A DNA stretch of 64,000 nucleotides from an uncultured Gammaproteobacteria bacterium. GTDB taxonomy: Bacteria; Pseudomonadota; Gammaproteobacteria; UBA9214. Position 1 is the first letter of the stretch; the number at the start of each line of letters is the position of its first letter. Both the position numbers and the translations under genes were made by a program. The notes under the pieces were generated by a model. The model ran no database searches and was not told the DNA's origin. It saw only the letters and a list, made by a program, of their open reading frames with translations. This document shows positions 61,366 through 64,000 of the stretch, one piece after another. The stretch lies in the NCBI GenBank assembly GCA_963748215.1, contig CAVVHS010000003.1, positions 157,884-221,883 of the forward strand, given 5' to 3'.

Positions 61366-63897
61366 TCAGTCAGTGGTATAGCCAAATTGCTCGATCGTGG
61401 GTCCGAGTATGGGAATGATGCGCTGCACGGCTTCGTGATAGTTGCGGTAACGATAGAGTGAGGACGTATAGATCTTCTGCGTGACCTGCTCGTAACTGGC
61501 CGTTTTAACCACGCGTACACTCTTGTGATGTTGCAGGCAGGCATCACTCCAGGGTGCGCCGATGTAGTCCAGAACCCGGCGTGTCACCGCTTCCTGCTCC
61601 GCGACCAGGTCTTCGTAGTGTATTTCCAGGAACTCGATGCCGATGCTGCGGTAATGTAGCAGCATGTCCATCACCTGCTTGTAATGCAACGCGGTACTTT
61701 CGAAACTCGAAGTGTAGCGGTGTGCCGGTTTGAAGTTGGAGAAAAAGGCAGACAGGCAGGAATTGAATGGATGCCGGGATATGTGAATGACCGCTGACTG
61801 TGGAAACAGCAGCTTGATCAGGCCGGCATGTACTGCATTGTGCGGCATCTTGTCGGTCACCCAGCGGGTGTTGCTGTCGACCACGCCCAGTGTCTTGATG
61901 CCGGACAGGTAATAATCACGCATTTCCAGCAGGTGTTGCTGTGTCAAAGGTGCCTCCCTGTCCAGCAGGAAGGCAGGGTAGGCCAGCTTGCTGCCCGTGA
62001 TTTCATGCCCCTTATCCCCGGACAGGTCATTGATAAACTCGAGCTCGCCGGCCGGTGCGATCTGCGGATGCGAGCCGAGGATCTGTTCCAGCAGGCTGGT
62101 GCCTGAGCGCGGGAAGCCGACAATGAACACCGGCTGCAGGCTGTTTTCATCTGCCGGGACCATCAGGCTGCTCAGCCGCTGCCAGTTTTCCGCACTGAAT
62201 GTTGCTTTCCAGCGGGTAAACTTCTGCTCGTCCTTCTTCGGGTCATAGACCCTTCCGGCATAGCTGTTCTTCGCCTGGTTGGCTTCTTCAAAGGCAGTAA
62301 ATGCCTCCGGGTACTGGCCCAACTTGTCCAGCACAATGCCGCGTTCGAACAGATAGCTGGCCTTGATATGTTTGTTGTCGATAGCTGCGCTGTCGGTCTG
62401 GTTAAGAATGTCCAGGGCGGCTGTATGATCCTTGCGCCGTCTTGCCAGCATGGACTGGAGAATGGCGAGCCCCGAATAGCTTGCATCGAATTCGGCGGCC
62501 TTTTTTGCAAGCCGTTCGGCTTCATCGAGGTTGTGCACGTGTTCTTCCATCTGGCTCCATGCCTGGTAAAGACGCAGGCCGGCCGCATCATGTAACTCTG
62601 CCAGATGGAACTGGGCTCGTGCCGCGTCGTACTGCCCGAGATCTGAATAGTGTTTTCCAAGGCCTATATAACCATCGGGCATGCCGGGCTGGTGTTCGAT
62701 CACATAGCGCCATTCGGCGGCGGAAGCACCCCTGTCGCGCTGACTGGCGAGCAGGTGCGCTCTCGCGATATGCGCATGTATATCCCAGGGGGCAAGCACC
62801 AGGGCTTTCCCGATATACTCTGCGGCCTGCTCGACCTTGTCCTCGCTCAGCATGGCCTTGCCCAGGCCCGCGAGGCCCTTTGCCGAGTTCGGATTGCTTT
62901 TCAGGGCGCGTATGAAGTGCTCGACAGCCTCGTTCTGGTCGCCGAGCTCGTGCAGCCGGTAAGCCATGTTGCAGTGAACGGTCGAATTTTCCGGGTCCAG
63001 CAGGAGCGCCTTTTCGTAGTACTTGCGGGTATTGTCCGAATCATTCAGCCGGTCATACAGGTTGCCAAGACTGACGTAGGCGCCGGCATAGTCAGGGTCG
63101 AGCTTGATGGCACTTTCGAGGTATTTGCGTGCCATGTCGGCATCGCCGTGGTCGATCATCAATGAACCGAGGTTGGTAAGAAATTCCGGGTTGTCCGGCT
63201 GCAGTTTTGTTGCGGTCCGGAATTCGGCTTCTGCCTCGCCGTAGCGTTCCTGTTGTTGCATCGCCGCACCCAGGTTGTTATGCGCGAACGCAAACGTCGG
63301 GCTGATCTTCAGTGCATCGCGGTAGCGTTGTTCCGCGGTGTCAAGGTCGCCCAGCAGCTGGCTGACCGTGCCTGCATTGACGTGCAGCTCGGGATCGGAG
63401 CTGTCGAGCTGGAGTGCCTTTTCATAGTGTTCGAGTGCACCCAGCAGGTGATTGCCGGATTTATAGATATTGCCCAGGTTGTTCCAGGCGTCGGCGAGTT
63501 GCGGATCCAGTTTAATGGCTCGCTGGCCGCTGAGGTAAGCTTCTTCATCCCTGCCGAGACTGTGCAGTGCCATGCACAGGTTGCTGTGTGCCAGGGCGTT
63601 ATCCGGCTGCAGCGCGATTTGCTGTTCGAATCGCTCGATGGCAAGTTCCGGCCTGCCGGTCTGCAGGGCAATGACGGCGCTGATCTCGGCAAGGCTTGCA
63701 TCGCCGGGGTTGCTGCGCAACAGCTGCTCGGCCAGTTGCCCGGCGGCTTGCAGGTTGCCCTGCTGGTAATGCCGGATGACCTGGTTCAGCTGGTCGGGCG
63801 CTGCGGTGTACCCTGCGCTGTCGGAGCCGCAACAGCGCTTGAATTTCTTGCCGCTGCCGCAGGGGCAGGGGGCGTTCCTCGACTGGGCGGTATGCAT
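61366..63897 (-). CDS. SEC-C + TPR + sulfotransferase protein
   Basis: CPCGSGKKFKRCC, many TPRs, FIVGFPRSGTSLLEQIL, DKMP, YEDLV, TASYEQV. Confidence 0.93.
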   Translation of the reverse strand: MHTAQSRNAPCPCGSGKKFKRCCGSDSAGYTAAPDQLNQVIRHYQQGNLQAAGQLAEQLLRSNPGDASLAEISAVIALQTGRPELAIERFEQQIALQPDNALAHSNLCMALHSLGRDEEAYLSGQRAIKLDPQLADAWNNLGNIYKSGNHLLGALEHYEKALQLDSSDPELHVNAGTVSQLLGDLDTAEQRYRDALKISPTFAFAHNNLGAAMQQQERYGEAEAEFRTATKLQPDNPEFLTNLGSLMIDHGDADMARKYLESAIKLDPDYAGAYVSLGNLYDRLNDSDNTRKYYEKALLLDPENSTVHCNMAYRLHELGDQNEAVEHFIRALKSNPNSAKGLAGLGKAMLSEDKVEQAAEYIGKALVLAPWDIHAHIARAHLLASQRDRGASAAEWRYVIEHQPGMPDGYIGLGKHYSDLGQYDAARAQFHLAELHDAAGLRLYQAWSQMEEHVHNLDEAERLAKKAAEFDASYSGLAILQSMLARRRKDHTAALDILNQTDSAAIDNKHIKASYLFERGIVLDKLGQYPEAFTAFEEANQAKNSYAGRVYDPKKDEQKFTRWKATFSAENWQRLSSLMVPADENSLQPVFIVGFPRSGTSLLEQILGSHPQIAPAGELEFINDLSGDKGHEITGSKLAYPAFLLDREAPLTQQHLLEMRDYYLSGIKTLGVVDSNTRWVTDKMPHNAVHAGLIKLLFPQSAVIHISRHPFNSCLSAFFSNFKPAHRYTSSFESTALHYKQVMDMLLHYRSIGIEFLEIHYEDLVAEQEAVTRRVLDYIGAPWSDACLQHHKSVRVVKTASYEQVTQKIYTSSLYRYRNYHEAVQRIIPILGPTIEQFGYTTD

Positions 63898-64000
63898 CGC
63901 GACGGTGCTCGTTAGTCAATCGCACAACGGCGATCGGTGTCTGGTAAGGCCGGGTCAGGCACGGGCAGTTATTGTACCCAAGAGGCGGTGGCCTGGGCGA

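Overview
GC-rich gammaproteobacterial chromosomal segment; the gene content resembles that of microaerophilic sulfur oxidisers, which is an inference. Housekeeping blocks: cbb3 oxidase (ccoNOQP-x-GH, with ccoIS split off on the opposite strand behind ompW), class II ribonucleotide reductase nrdJab with two NrdR boxes, a type IV minor-pilin cluster (fimT-pilVWX-x-pilY1-pilE), exeAB, rpe-gph-trpEGDC, crp, speD, coq7, rplM-rpsI and tRNA-Gln(CTG). No integrase, transposase or CRISPR array was seen. Main observations: (1) a ~1 kb array behind tRNA-Gln of structured units, each a tRNA T-arm split by a multi-hairpin insert, ending in a regenerated tRNA 3' end and preceded by an antisense tRNA copy; (2) a clean in-frame fusion of an RlmI/K-like SAM methyltransferase domain, with a degenerate DPP motif, to a CbbO/NorD VWA adaptor; (3) two paralogous 46/53-aa membrane peptides with Cys25/Cys30, absent from the ORF track; (4) a candidate ~100-nt anti-SD sRNA; (5) a shared 20-bp AT-rich operator-like motif linking the second peptide's operon, the sRNA and the ompW/ccoI promoter region. 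Several single-base frameshifts in otherwise intact genes suggest assembly indels. All family assignments come from motif recognition by eye; no database search was run.
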